Shown here: in pieces, positions 12,181 to 24,229 of the stretch | Position numbering within the stretch: the stretch's first letter is position 1 | Layout of the letters: each line of letters begins with the position of its first letter | NCBI RefSeq assembly: GCF_009914755.1 | Contig: NC_060928.1 | Direction: 5' to 3' (one strand) | Length of the DNA: 64,000 nucleotides | From: the human T2T-CHM13v2.0 reference genome, Homo sapiens | Program-made: the position numbers and the translations under genes | Notes under the pieces: generated by a model | What the model saw: the letters and a program-made list of their open reading frames with translations, nothing else | Database searches by the model: none | What the model was told of the DNA's origin: nothing

Positions 12181-14244
12181 TCTTATTTAATTATATATTT
12201 AAATTATTTTTCTTTAGAGAACTAAAGGCACAGCCCAGAAAATCTGGTTGGAATGCCTTGTTTTTATATCCCCAGCCCACACTTAAGATTTTCTCTCCCC
12301 AAATCCTCTCCCCCTCAACACATATATTTTAACTTAGTCTGGTAAAATAATTCCATATCCTTGTCATGGCAATGAGTATGAGGATGTTAACACTGACCTT
12401 TTTACAGATGTTTCTTTTTACATTAATACTTAGTGTTCATCCATGGAAAAATGAGTTGTACTTCTGCTAATGTCAAGGGCAAGACTCAAATTCAAAAAAC
12501 ATCACCACTACCAATAAACAAAACCAAAGGGAAAGGATTCCTTATCAGCAGACAGTTACAGCTCCCACTAGGACACTGCCTTCTCAGCGGCTTCAGTTAT
12601 CAGATATTCCTGGACATACTTTCCAAGCCATGAAAAATAACGTAAGTTTCAAATGGGATTATTATTTTACTGACTTTAAATTCAATTCTCTTTTTCTTTC
12701 TCTAACCTTTCAGTTACAGAAAGACTCATGAGAATTTTAACATTCCTTTCTCTTTTTTCAAGAAGGAATAATGAGTTTGGGATTTATACATCGAACATTT
12801 TGGGGGGTTATATTCTTTTCTTTTCCCTAAATTAACTGATTTTAAAAAGCAAATGCTGCATCCTTTTAAAATAATCTTTTAACTTTTTTAGTTTTAGGAG
12901 AAAATAAAACCACGTGCATTTGGAATAAGTTACTATCATGGAAAAATGAAATAGGTTATTTGCAAAAAATTGAGACAATAAGACTCTTGCTTCAAAAGCA
13001 TAGAAAATTATCACAGGTGTCTAATGAATCTCTTGGCATGGTACTAGGGATCTGCATTTTTAATACCACAGTTAGTTCTGATGGTTTGCCAGCTATGTTT
13101 TCCTTCTTGGTATAAAATGCATTTTCTAAAGCTGTGATTATCAGCCGTGAACATCATAGGTTTATCTCAGTATGCCAAAAAGATCCTTAAGATCTCATAG
13201 GAAAAGATTCTAAAATTTTCCATTTAAAAAATAAATATATAGAGTACTTTCAGAAGGATAGGAAATGGCATGTTTCAAAATTACCAAAGTATTCTTACTC
13301 TAAAAATGTTAGGAATATTTGCCCTTTACTTCTAAAAAAAAAATTTGATGAAAATACCTAAAATTCAGAGTTCCTTCTTAAGCAAAGAGAAAGGAGTATC
13401 AGAGTTCTCAAGAATTTTTCTGTAATTAGGAATAAAAATGACTTATCATCATAACAACTAAGATTAGGGTCATAAACAATCACTATGTTTTCATCTCCTT
13501 AACCAAAAATATTAATTATGTTTCTGTAGTTTACCATAATAAAGCCACTTATTTTAATTTCTAGAAAATCTTAAGAGTTAAAAGAAATAGGCTCTCATCT
13601 TTTAAAAATCCTCATTTACCAGGATTGGAACCTCCTAGAACAAAGGATTAGCATTATTACTATTCAGGACTCAGGGATTGTTTTTCTTTGAGTCTTAGGT
13701 ACTTATGGTTGGAAAGCTGGGAGGATCAGGAAAGTAGACATCAGAAGAAAAGGGTAATAATCTTTGGAATGAAATTGGTTGGGCATGTCAACCTCAGCAG
13801 GCTCGATGGCACTGTCCTATTCTATTTTTGCATCTCTGTCCTGCTGACAGTTTCCAGCCCATGCAGGCTGCTCACTGTGCCCTGGTGCATGTGAGCGCTT
13901 TCATTCAGGCCATCTCAGGGACTCAGCTGTCAGAGCTGAGTTGGCTCCTGCACTGTTCTTACAGGCTTTCTTCTCCCTAATTACATATATTTGATCACTC
14001 AGCTAGAAAAAAGTCTTGGCAAACTGCACTACAATAATCATTTCTCCCTTCAGCTCACCATCAAGAAAAATATCTGTCATGATGAACTCAAGATTTGTTG
14101 AAGGATGGCCATTCGGAAAGGGCTTTCCATTCACGGGGAAACTGACAGACAGAAGCCAGAAGTCATTTCATTATTTAGAGCGAGCTCCGGCCTTCATAGG
14201 CTTATGGCAGTTGAAACTCAGGTTCCATCAGGCATTAGTATTGT

Positions 14245-14990
14245 AAAAATACCAATTCTCTACAAATTGATCTAGCAATTCAGTACAATTTCAATGAAAA
14301 TCACAAAGTGAAGTGTGTATGTATAATTTTACAAATTGATTCTAAGACACCTATGCGAGAGCATATGGTTAAGAATAACCATGAAAAATTTGAAGAAGAA
14401 CAGACTCATTATACATATATAGTAATTAAGACAGGGTGGTATTGGCACAGGGATAGACACATTTAGATGAATGAAACAAAGCAGAGGGCCCACAAACAGT
14501 TCCATGCACATATGGAAACTTGATATACTACCAAGATGGCACTGAAATTCAGTAGGGGCAAGGATGAACTACTTAGCAAATGGTGTTCGCAAAAAAACGA
14601 TATAAAATTTCATCCCTAGATTACAAATTTCATGGAAAAAAAATACAGGTGTACTAAATGTGAAAAGGCCAAAACTTTAAAATTAAAAAAAAAAAATTGA
14701 AAGATACCATGAACAGAGTGAAAAGCTAAGCCTTAAGCTAGTATAAGGTATTTGTAACATAAAACCAACAAAGGATTACATAAGTAAACAAAGAAATCAA
14801 TAAGAAAATCAATTGGAAAAATACAAACAACCAAGTAGAAAAATAGGCCAAAAAAAAAAAAAAAAAAAAAGCAGGCAAATCCTAGAAGAAATCATGTGAA
14901 TCACAAAAAATCACGTACAAAAAATTCTTTACACAGGATCAGGGAAGAGAGAATGACACAAATTTAAAGGTGTGATACTACCCAAATCCA
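14245..14990 (+). mobile_element. L1M ORF2 3' region fragment
   Basis: ACAAATTGATTCTAA, ATAGTAATTAAGACAGGGTGGTATTGGCACAGGGATAGACAC and similar segments are homologous to the distal L1 ORF2. Confidence 0.75.
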
Positions 14991-16065
14991 TATGGGATAC
15001 AGCAGAGGCTGGAACCCTGAGGTGGGAGAGTGTAGTGTTGTAAATAAAATAGAGGGATTAAACGAGATAAAGGCTATTACATGCCTGGAACACAGCAAGT
15101 GCTCTGTTAATGCGCTTTCTCTTCCCTCTTTTGTCCCCCTGGCACATGGCTCTTAATCAGCAGAGCCACAGCTTTCCCAGCACTCTGACAAACATCCATG
15201 AGCCCCCAAAGACCGGGAAGTAATGATGATGCAGCTGCGGCACCATAGAAGAAACAAGTGATTTCAGTCAAAGGGCCTGGACTCACGAGCTAGCAACTTT
15301 GGACAGATTCTTGAACTCTCAGCCTCAGTTTCTGCTTCTGTAAAGGGAGATAACTACAGTGACCTTCAGGTTATCTTGAAGATGCCAATGAGCTAGTGAA
15401 AATGCAATTTAATCTGTACAGAACTAAACAAATGTAAGTCAGTGCTAATATTCTGTTCCTAGTGGGGACATGCCAAGTCTCTTTACTGCAACCAGTGGTT
15501 CACATATGGAAATATTGTGCTAATTTCCAACTCCTACTTATATATATGATTTGTTAACTCTGGAGGATGCAGCCATCAGCATAAGCAACCAACAGAAGAA
15601 CACGCTGGATCCTCTCCTTTTCCTGACAGTGTGTAGTCTTCATGGGGGTGGACAGGCTAGATTTAAAACGATGGGCGGATTGATTATTTTTCTGCATCTA
15701 TTTCCAGGGTTGTAATGTATATTCTCTTTCTCCCACATCCCGCCTTCTATTTTCTTCTCCCTACACAGGCTCTTTTAATACAAATTAATTAAAAGCAGGC
15801 ATCTTAAGAGGTGGCTTAAGAAGACTCCTGCATCATCATAGGGAGTTAAAATTCTGAGCAAAAAGCCTTCTGGAGGAGAAGCATAGGACAGGCAGCCCCA
15901 AGACTGGACTGGATAGATGTTGCTGAGCCACCAACTCTCTGAGGGACCTGAGACAAAGCCAGGTGACCTCACCAGTGCTCCATGTTCTCACCATAAGTTC
16001 TATAGGACACTCAAATATTCTCAGGACATCAGTTTACTATACACATGCACACACACATATTTTAC

Positions 16066-16131
16066 ATTTCATTCAAAGGGTAAAACATAGACTCCCTTTG
16101 TTCTATAAACCTACAAACATGTCTGAGCATT
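16066..16131 (+). repeat. Left arm of a 66-bp dispersed inverted repeat
   Basis: 64/66 identical to the reverse complement of 17342-17407. Confidence 0.95.
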
Positions 16132-17341
16132 TTTTACATAAATATTTCACAAATATTTTACATGAATACTTCGACTTATAAGTCCATATTTTAACAATGG
16201 CATCTTTTCCAATGTGTACATTATGGAAGTGTGGTTGGGGTGTACAGCCTAGGAGCTCAGGGACTGCACAGGCCTGTTCTTTATGGATGCATTGCATTCA
16301 TCTCCCACAGCCATTTGTAGCTTCAGCTGTTTCTGAAAGCAGCCACTTTCCCTTTTGATGTCTGAGGTCCATTATTTTCATTTTTGACTTAACCAACAGG
16401 TGTTCTCTCTTGAACTCTTTCCTACATGAGCTGTCTTGCCTCAGGGTTCCCACGGACAGGAGAGTTTTTCCTACAGTGTTACTGAGAGGCACAGAGAAAT
16501 CAGTTCCTCCTGGTCCACTGGCTCCGCTCTCAGCACTGCAGTCTCTTGTGACCACGCTGAAGTCTCAACGTTTCCCCCTTCTGAGGACATGCAGGGACAG
16601 AAGGGTGAACCACAAGGGCCAGACCTAATGCTCCAGGAAAACAATGAAAGAACAATTTTCCATCCTTTTATTTAGGGCTTAAGTAAGCCAGGCCTGTAAC
16701 ACCAAATTGTGAGAGTGCACAAGATGTTTTTGAACCTTGGTGCAGAATCCAGAAAGAAGTGCAGCCTCTGGTGACAGGGTCTTGGGCTAGCCATGTGAAG
16801 CCTGGCTTTATGTCAGGCCTCTCAAATGTGCTGTACAAACCTACCTGCAGGTCTACTCTAGGCAGAAGGGGTGGACCGATGGCACCAACAAACACATCTG
16901 TACACACAACAGTGCAGCAGACACTTGTGGATGGGGTATGAGACAAGCTGTAGATGCCCTCAATTAAATCTGAGGACAAAAGAAGACTGCCCAGAGAGTG
17001 GCACTAGCATGGCAACAAAATATTTCAAAATATTAATGGGTTTTACATACACGCATAAAATCACATTTTTCTGACCTTATAACACATTTCAGTCATTTAG
17101 GTATTGAGTTTGTAATGCTTGTGGATACTCGAAAAATTGAAAGAGGCAAAGTTAGACTTCTTGTCCCCAAGACTGGAAATATGTCCCTTCGTTGGGAGTT
17201 GGGTGGTGTTGAATGCAGTTGGGGTGGAAGGAGAGGAGAGCTAATGGGAAAACAAAGAATAAGTAAATGTTCTACATTCCTGAGAAAAGGGGCCCTGCCC
17301 CCTAGCCATCTCTGCAGCAAAGCCCTGGGGGAGAGAGAGAG

Positions 17342-17407
17342 AATGCTCAGACATGTTTGTAGGTTTACAGAACAAAGGGAATCTATGTTTTACCCTTTGA
17401 ATGAAAT
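17342..17407 (-). repeat. Right arm of a 66-bp dispersed inverted repeat
   Basis: Reverse complement matches 16066-16131 with 2 transitions. Confidence 0.95.
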
Positions 17408-18429
17408 ACAGGAAAGCAAAATACCTAGAGCAGAAATGGCTGTGTGACATGTCAGACAAGGTCATAGAGTTTTCCATGGCCCTGCACTGCCCGTGGCTCA
17501 TGTGGCATGACTGTAGGTGAAACCCAGAATGGACTCTCAAGGTGCCCTGGGCTCCCTTCCTCAATGGCTGAAGAAGGCTTCTCTTGACCTAATGGAGTTT
17601 AAAGAGACTTGGGGATATAGTGAACTAGACCCCAGAAGCCTTTCAAACAGGAACTAGGGGGCGCCCACCAGGACCTTGTGGACTGACAGTGGAGGCTCAA
17701 TGAGACAAAATGTGTCATGGAGATGCCTTCAGGACAGACAGCATTCGGGAACAGATACCAGCTCCTTACAGTCTTGGCCTCCAGATTAGACATGGCCCTG
17801 GAAAAAGGTGATGGGGGACCTGGAATTACCAGACAGCAATTCCGTTCCCCCACTTAGTGGAATGGGAGCACAACATGTAAATTAAAGGAATTAGAGAAAA
17901 ACATTTAAAGTTGCATTTGTTATACACCCGAACATTTATCCTGAGACTGATGCCCACTACACTGGTAAAATCAACCCATAATAGATGTGTTTAGTTTGGG
18001 ACTAACATACTCTAAGAGGTGGCTTTGATTGATTGATTCATTCATTCATTAATTCTCTCCCTCCCTTCCTTCCTCCCTGACTCACCAAAGAGCCAGCCAT
18101 TCTGCTGAGTATTAGCAATGTTTTTCTTTAAAAAACTCCAAACACCTATTTCCTGCCCTCAAGATTTAGAAGTTTGGCTAAGACACGGAGAAGCATAGAG
18201 AGGCAGAAACAGAAACACTGACGACTAAATCTAATGCAACATGGTAAGGTCTATAACCAACATGCATACTACATTGTCTAAGAGCACAGAAGAAGGCTTG
18301 TTAACCTGAGACTGGGAAATCTTTGAAAACTGACAACTCCAATCTAGCCAACCAGTACCCTTAGAAAGACTAACTTACGATTGGAAAGCTGTAATCGACT
18401 CAATTATATTGAAAATTTGGGGGGATGTG

Positions 18430-18795
18430 TTGTGGCAGAAGCATCATCTGCATACTGACTATCTGTAGGATCCACCTAATTTTCCAGCCCCCTAGCAGTT
18501 AGGAGAAGTCATGTGATTAGTTCTTGTCAAGAGTCTGTAAGAAGTGATACTCCAAAAGCTTACACGAGACCCTCCAGCTCAGCTCTTCTTTCCCCACCAT
18601 AGTTTCTGTGGAGACCTCAAGATGGTGCAGCTTTGAGCTGTCTGAGCCTCCATCAGCCTGGATCTTTGAGAAAGTATGTGAAACACAAACCTCACTGAGC
18701 CATATTGAACATGTAAAATCAGCAAGAAATAAGGTCTTAATTGAATTAAGTCCTTGAACTTTTTGGGTTAATTTGTTACTGCAGCAAAACTTAAT
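18430..18795 (+). mobile_element. MLT1 (H/J-like) MaLR LTR
   Basis: TTTCCAGCCCCCTAGCAGTTAGG...CATGTGATTAGTTC and 3' TAATTTGTTACTGCAGCA motifs. Confidence 0.6.
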
Positions 18796-19087
18796 GGCGA
18801 TGGAGGATTAAAAAAGGGAGCTGGATTACAAAAATGCATTTCAACACTGTGCAGAGGAGAAGGCGCTCTACCCCTAGGTGATCAGTATCTTAAGAACGAA
18901 GAGATGATGGAGTGGCAGGCCACAGAGTGATATCTGTACACGGAGACAGTACCTAGAGATGAGCTCAGATGCCAGGTTGGTAAGAGAAGCCTGGACTAGA
19001 GGCAGAAGACAGGAGGAAAGCAGGAAAGCCACACTTCTACTTTCTCTCTGTTCGTCTGTCTGAGTAGTAGCCCAAAGCCACTCCCTA

Positions 19088-19178
19088 CCATATCCCCTCT
19101 CACCTCCCCATCCCCTCTCACAGCCCCATCCCCTCTCACACCCCCATCCCCTCTCACACCCCCATCCCCTCTCACACC
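19088..19178. repeat. 18-bp minisatellite, 5 copies (CCCCATCCCCTCTCACAC)
   Basis: ATCCCCTCTCAC recurs at 19092, 19110, 19128, 19146 and 19164. Confidence 0.95.
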
Positions 19179-20784
19179 TCTGCCCCAAATGGTCCCACGT
19201 GAGGCCCAGACAGTAACACACCACCATCAGGCATCTTTCTGGGGGACAATCTAAAGGCAGCTGCCCTCCTCTCTGCAGGCCCCTGCGGTCTGCTCCAAGG
19301 GAATGAATAGCTTCAGACTTGGCACCTTAGAAAGGCTGACAGCTCCTGAGAGAGAAAGCAAGTAAGTTCAACAAGGCCCGTTTAATTTTACTCCAGAAAA
19401 AAGTTTATCTTCTCTCCCACAAATAGTAAACATAAGCTTTAAAATGTTTCCATTATTACTGCAATAGTTAATTTTAAAATTTTAATTTCTTTTGAAATAG
19501 GCAGTAATCACATATGGGCAACATCTAGGTGACCCCAGCATGGATTGCTGAAGGCCCCTTTCTTTCCTGATACATATCTCATGATTTAGTGTGGAACAGA
19601 AAGGTTTACAGCATTACAATCTGTTAGAGATAAGGGGACACATGTTGGAAACAGGTCCATTAGAAAAATGATGATCCTTTCATTCCCTAAATGTCACTTA
19701 CCTTCTCCCCCACCTTTTCCCAGATAAAAATAGAAATCTTCATGTGACTGAACCATTCCCTGGGAAAGTCACCAAACAGAAGGGAACCAGTGATAAAATG
19801 AATGCTAACAACTTGAAATCTAGTAAAAGTATCTTTTTAGTAGCCACAGATAGCAGAAAAGTTTATAACTTTAAAATGTCCCATAGGCCCAGCAACTTTT
19901 TCTGCTGGGTAGGGTGAATATGAAGGCTCCTTGGAAAAGTATAAACAAACGAATAACAGTAACAACAACTACAACACCTAGATGGCTCCATTATCTGAGT
20001 ATTTACAGAGTGCCTGGTACTACTCGGTGCATTACCTTCCTCAGTCCTCACAGTGAGTCCTTGGGAGAGTTACTATCACTGCCTCCACATGGCAAATGAA
20101 ACACTCTAAAAGCAGCCATTTAACTACAGTAGTTTCCAACTATAGAGTAAAGAATGTGTAACTAGGTTAGTTTGCTTTATAACCTATAGACCTGGTGTCA
20201 GTTTATGCCAATGACTGTGATTTGGACTAACATGGGATAGCCAGCCTCAAGTAGACCAAAAAGGGAAGGGACCTCTACTATGTCTACAAGATAGACAAGT
20301 TCACAGACAGCGCTGGACACCAACCCTGCCAGCTATGAATATTCCCGATCTAGGAATAAAGAAACAAGCTCAGGGAGGTTAGATCGCTCTCTAAAGTCAT
20401 GCAGCCCCTGAAGGTGGTGTCAAGGGGAGTCAAAGCATTTCTTTAGCAGCGCCCTGTGAATTCAGTTTCCTTATTCAGGAGACAGGGATTGTGAGGAATG
20501 AATGAGAAGATGAACCTGAAACTGCTTTGTCAAGTGTCAAGGGCTGCACAAGTGTGCAGAGGATGGTGGTAAAATCCCAGGAGAATTAATCATCAAGAAG
20601 ATAATTACCAAGGGACTTACATTAGAGTTTATCCAGAAAAACTACTTCATCCAAGCCAACAACAATGCCAGGACAGCACTGAAATGAAAAGGCTGGGCAG
20701 GAATATTTGATAAATAATAAGATTAGCAGTGTACAATAAAGGACAGATGGGCACTTGTTGATTCTTGTTTGGTCAAACACCATT

Positions 20785-21020
20785 TTATAGTGGAGTGGCT
20801 GAGACCATGGACTCCTGGGCCAGGCTGCCTGGGTTCAAATCCTGGTTCTGCCACCTACTAGCTATGTAGCTGTGGGTGAGCTGCCTTACCTTTCTGTGCC
20901 TCTGCTCCCTCATGGCAGATGGGGACATTCCAAGTACTCATGGCATGGGGTTGCTGTGACATTCACAGGCAGCACAGGGAGCAGTGCCTGGCATAGAGGG
21001 CTGCCATCTAAGCATGAGCT
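20785..21020 (+). mobile_element. MIR
   Basis: CTGCCTGGGTTCAAATCCTGGTTCTGCCACCTACTAGCTATGT tRNA-derived head. Confidence 0.8.
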
Positions 21021-21379
21021 GCTCCCACATCCATTTTCCATTCTTGACAGTAAACTTGCTTTCTGTCACCACAACCTCCTCTTCAGTGGCAGGTTGTCCC
21101 CAAGTCTTTGGTCTCTCACCTGCCTGTGGAGGACCGGGCTTGATGGGTGGGAAGCAGGCCCCATACCAGGCCAGTCTGAGTGCCTGTATTCTTCTATCAA
21201 GTATGTCTTTAGCCTCATCTTCCCATCTTCCTCAAATCTGTGGAAGGTGAGGAAGATGATAGAAGATTACAGGCACTCAGTTCCAAAGATGGAATGCCAC
21301 TGGAAGGTGAGGAAGTCGGGCGGGTGGCTACAATCCAGCTCCCTTGGGAATTCACAGTTGTAATCTTAACTTGAAAATA

Positions 21380-21459
21380 TTCAGTTGGGCCAAATGAAAT
21401 TGCTGTTTTGGTAGGTCAAAAATGGCTGAAAAGCAGGAATTTCATATTCCGCCACCTAA
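21380..21459 (+). mobile_element. MADE2 (Hsmar2-derived MITE)
   Basis: ~80 bp; ATGAAATTGCTG...GTAGGTCAAAAATGG...AATTTCATAT...ACCTAA with imperfect terminal inverted repeats. Confidence 0.7.
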
Positions 21460-22274
21460 TCCACATGGGCAAACAGATCAAAAGCTCAGAAAAGCAGCAA
21501 GAGAAAGGAACAAGCAGTCTAGGAAAAATCATAAAGGGTGAGTCCAGAGAAAAGTAAATAAAATAACCATGGCTTACACAGCTGCATCAGAATCAAAGAA
21601 ATGCATAAATTAAGTCCAGGATCTAATCATGTCCTTTAGCACAAACATTAGCTCAAAGAGCTGGCGGTTTTGCAGATGTACACATCTGACTAAAAAGTGG
21701 GAAGAGGAGGGATTCTTCCAGGCCATAAAAGAGACATGGAAGAGGCTCTGTCCTCCCTCAAGAAGTGGCTCCTATCTGTACGAGTACACACTCCTTTTTC
21801 ATCTGTTGCTTTTCCTCCCTGTCCTTTTGATCCACAAAAGAGAACCTCCACCCACCCCTCCTGCTCCTGACGTCAAGCCGTCTCCCACACAGTACCCCAT
21901 TCTTGAGACTTTCCTCACTCCATCTGGTGGCTACTTTCCTCCCACCTTCGAGCTTCACCTTTGTCCTCTCTCCCACAAGGGCAGCCCTGTTTAGGAGGAA
22001 ATAGAGAGCAGACAGGGGCTCAGCTGTCCACAGTGGGCAGCTGGGGTTCCAGGATGCTCCCTTTATGCTTGCATTGGACAGGAGAGCTTAGGGCAGTGGG
22101 TTTTCAGAACTGTTTTCTGTTCAGTGCTAAGAGCAAGAGGTCATCCCAGCATCTTTCTCTTCCAGCACACCTTTGGTCTTCTTGCTACTAATTTTGCTGA
22201 GTCCCATTTCCCAGAAGAAAGAGAAAGACTATAATATAAGAAACAGATCTCACAGCCTCCATGTGAAACAATGA

Positions 22275-22530
22275 TTATTATTGCTAATATTTATTAAATG
22301 AGTACTAATGTGGTAGACCCTCTGGTAAGCCCTTCATGTCTTCTATAACATTTAACTTCTCACAATGGCTCTATAAAATAGGTGCTGTGCCTAGCGTCAG
22401 TTTTCATGCGTGGGAACTGAGGCACAGAGGGGTTAAGTGATTTGTTTCAGGGAACACCACTGGTAAGTAACAGATCTAGAAGTCCAACCAAGCAGTTGAA
22501 CACCAGAGCCTCTGCTCTTAGCCTTACTTT
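22275..22530 (-). mobile_element. MIR
   Basis: GAACTGAGGCACAGAGGGGTTAAGTGATTTG core. Confidence 0.8.
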
Positions 22531-23219
22531 AAATACCTCTGAAAATTGGCTTTGTGTTAACATAACCTGATAGGACATTCATAAAAAGACCCCAGCAGCA
22601 GATTCTACCTCAGCAATGTGGAACAGAAAAAATAATGTATTTATACATAGAGAAATAAAAGAAAATAGCTTTTCCATGATGACTTTGGGACAAAGACAGT
22701 GGTCAGTAATAATGATTTGGGGCTGAGAAAAATATCCATTGCGTGCCCAAGTTAGCATGCTCTAATTGAAGGAAAGGCAGCTACTTGGCTGTGGGAATAC
22801 TTCCTAAGGACAGAAGATAATCCCTTACATTAACCTGGTGTCCCACAGTAGGCTGAGATACCTATTGCTGTGGTCAGCAACACCATGGAGGCTTCACTGT
22901 GGGACTTCAGATTTGTTGGTGAAGAGAAAGCTATGGGGGTCCCACTCTCCCTCCCAGCTTGAGGTCTCTGAGATGCAACACAAGGAGCCTTGGAATGAAT
23001 TTCTCCACAGCCAGAGCTCTGAATCTGGAAGAAGCCCAAGACTACTGCTGGAGCTCACAGAATGGTCATCCCTGGAGCAGCAGCCATCTCCCCTACATCC
23101 TACCTGCCTCCCCATCATACTTAGAAGGCAAACCTCCTTCCCCTTGGAGCCTGGAAGGGGAGCGGTGGCTGAGGAACCAGAGGAAAGCAAGGTGGCTTCA
23201 TGACAGAGGTCAAGGGGAC

Positions 23220-23580
23220 TATGTTAGATAGGGCTTTTTATGGCAAGTGACAGAAATCCAGCTTAAATTATCTTAAGGAAAAGAGGAAAATGTACTGGCT
23301 CAAGTAACCAGGCTGAGGGAAGGGCAGGTGGCCACCAGGGTCCTGGGACAGTGCAACGAGGACTTGGAACCCACCAGGCCCTTTCTGTCTCTTGTCTCTT
23401 CTCTCTAAGGCTCAGTTTAATTCTCCTGCAGATTGGTGCCTTCCTTGCAGTATAAAAACATGGCTGCCAGCTGCTCTCATGAGCACCTCTTCCCAGCTTC
23501 ATGATTAAGAAGGAATGCTCTTCCTTCCATTCCAGTTAGTAAAGTCCTAGACAAGAAAGCCAAATGGCCCAGTCCTGTGG
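23220..23580 (-). mobile_element. MLT1 (K/L-like) MaLR LTR
   Basis: GCAAGTGACAGAAATCCAGCTTAAATTATCTTAAG...TACTGGCTCAAGTAAC is the reverse of the MLT1K/L 3' end. Confidence 0.6.
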
Positions 23581-24229
23581 GCAAAAAGGTGAAGCACTAT
23601 AAAAGACAGTTCCCATTAACATCAAGTGGAGGAAGAGGAAGAGTAGCTGCCCATGAAGGATTCTCAGAAGGAGGGCTGGGTGCCCAGCAGGCAACAGCAC
23701 AGATGTCCACCAGATAAGGATCTTCCAGTCCTGGGCCCCCAAGCCTCTGCAGTATGGTGGGAGCTGCCCCGGGTGAGCAGCAGGGGAAAAGAAAACAGGG
23801 ATGAGACAGCAGGGCTGGAGTTGCTGAAATCCTGGCAAAATTCGATTTGTGGTCAGAATGAAACATGCCTTCATAACTCAGGTCTTCAATGCTTTGGGGA
23901 ACTCATGTGGCTTGGGAGGCTGAAGGCACACAAGAGAGGAGGGCAAGGGGATCAGAGACACCCCACAATTCCAGAAACCACCCTGGGCTTCAAATGCAAA
24001 TGTTGCTGACATGCAGAAGGAGTGGGGTTGTAAACATAAGGGTTGGAAAAAAAAAAGAACGCAGTCTGGTTGCAGTATTTCCACCTGAGCCCTGCAGAGC
24101 TGTTCTGCCAGACAGTCTACAAAGCATGCACCTGGGTCTGCAAGTGCTGGGTGTGTGCTTCTATTTAATAAATAACCCTGGCACACTGTATAAACATCAG
24201 ATGAACATGAAAGCTGCAACATCTGGAGA

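Noticed and set aside
16298-16580. Strong minus-strand acceptor at 16581 and 85-aa ORF
   Set aside because: All frames from the acceptor stop within ~36 codons and the ORF starts at GTG; at most a non-coding exon, and no donor was established.
17651-17667. CTCF-like GAACTAGGGGGCGCCC
   Set aside because: Lacks the conserved CC of the core, so binding is doubtful.
19088-19178. Regularly spaced repeats considered as CRISPR-like
   Set aside because: Eukaryotic tandem repeat with no unique spacers and no cas genes.
18874-19227. ORF with CERGWG repeats
   Set aside because: A by-product of the 18-bp minisatellite.
19696-19820. Perfect minus-strand donor AAG|GTAAGT at 19702
   Set aside because: The upstream acceptor is ambiguous, and isolated donors are common by chance.
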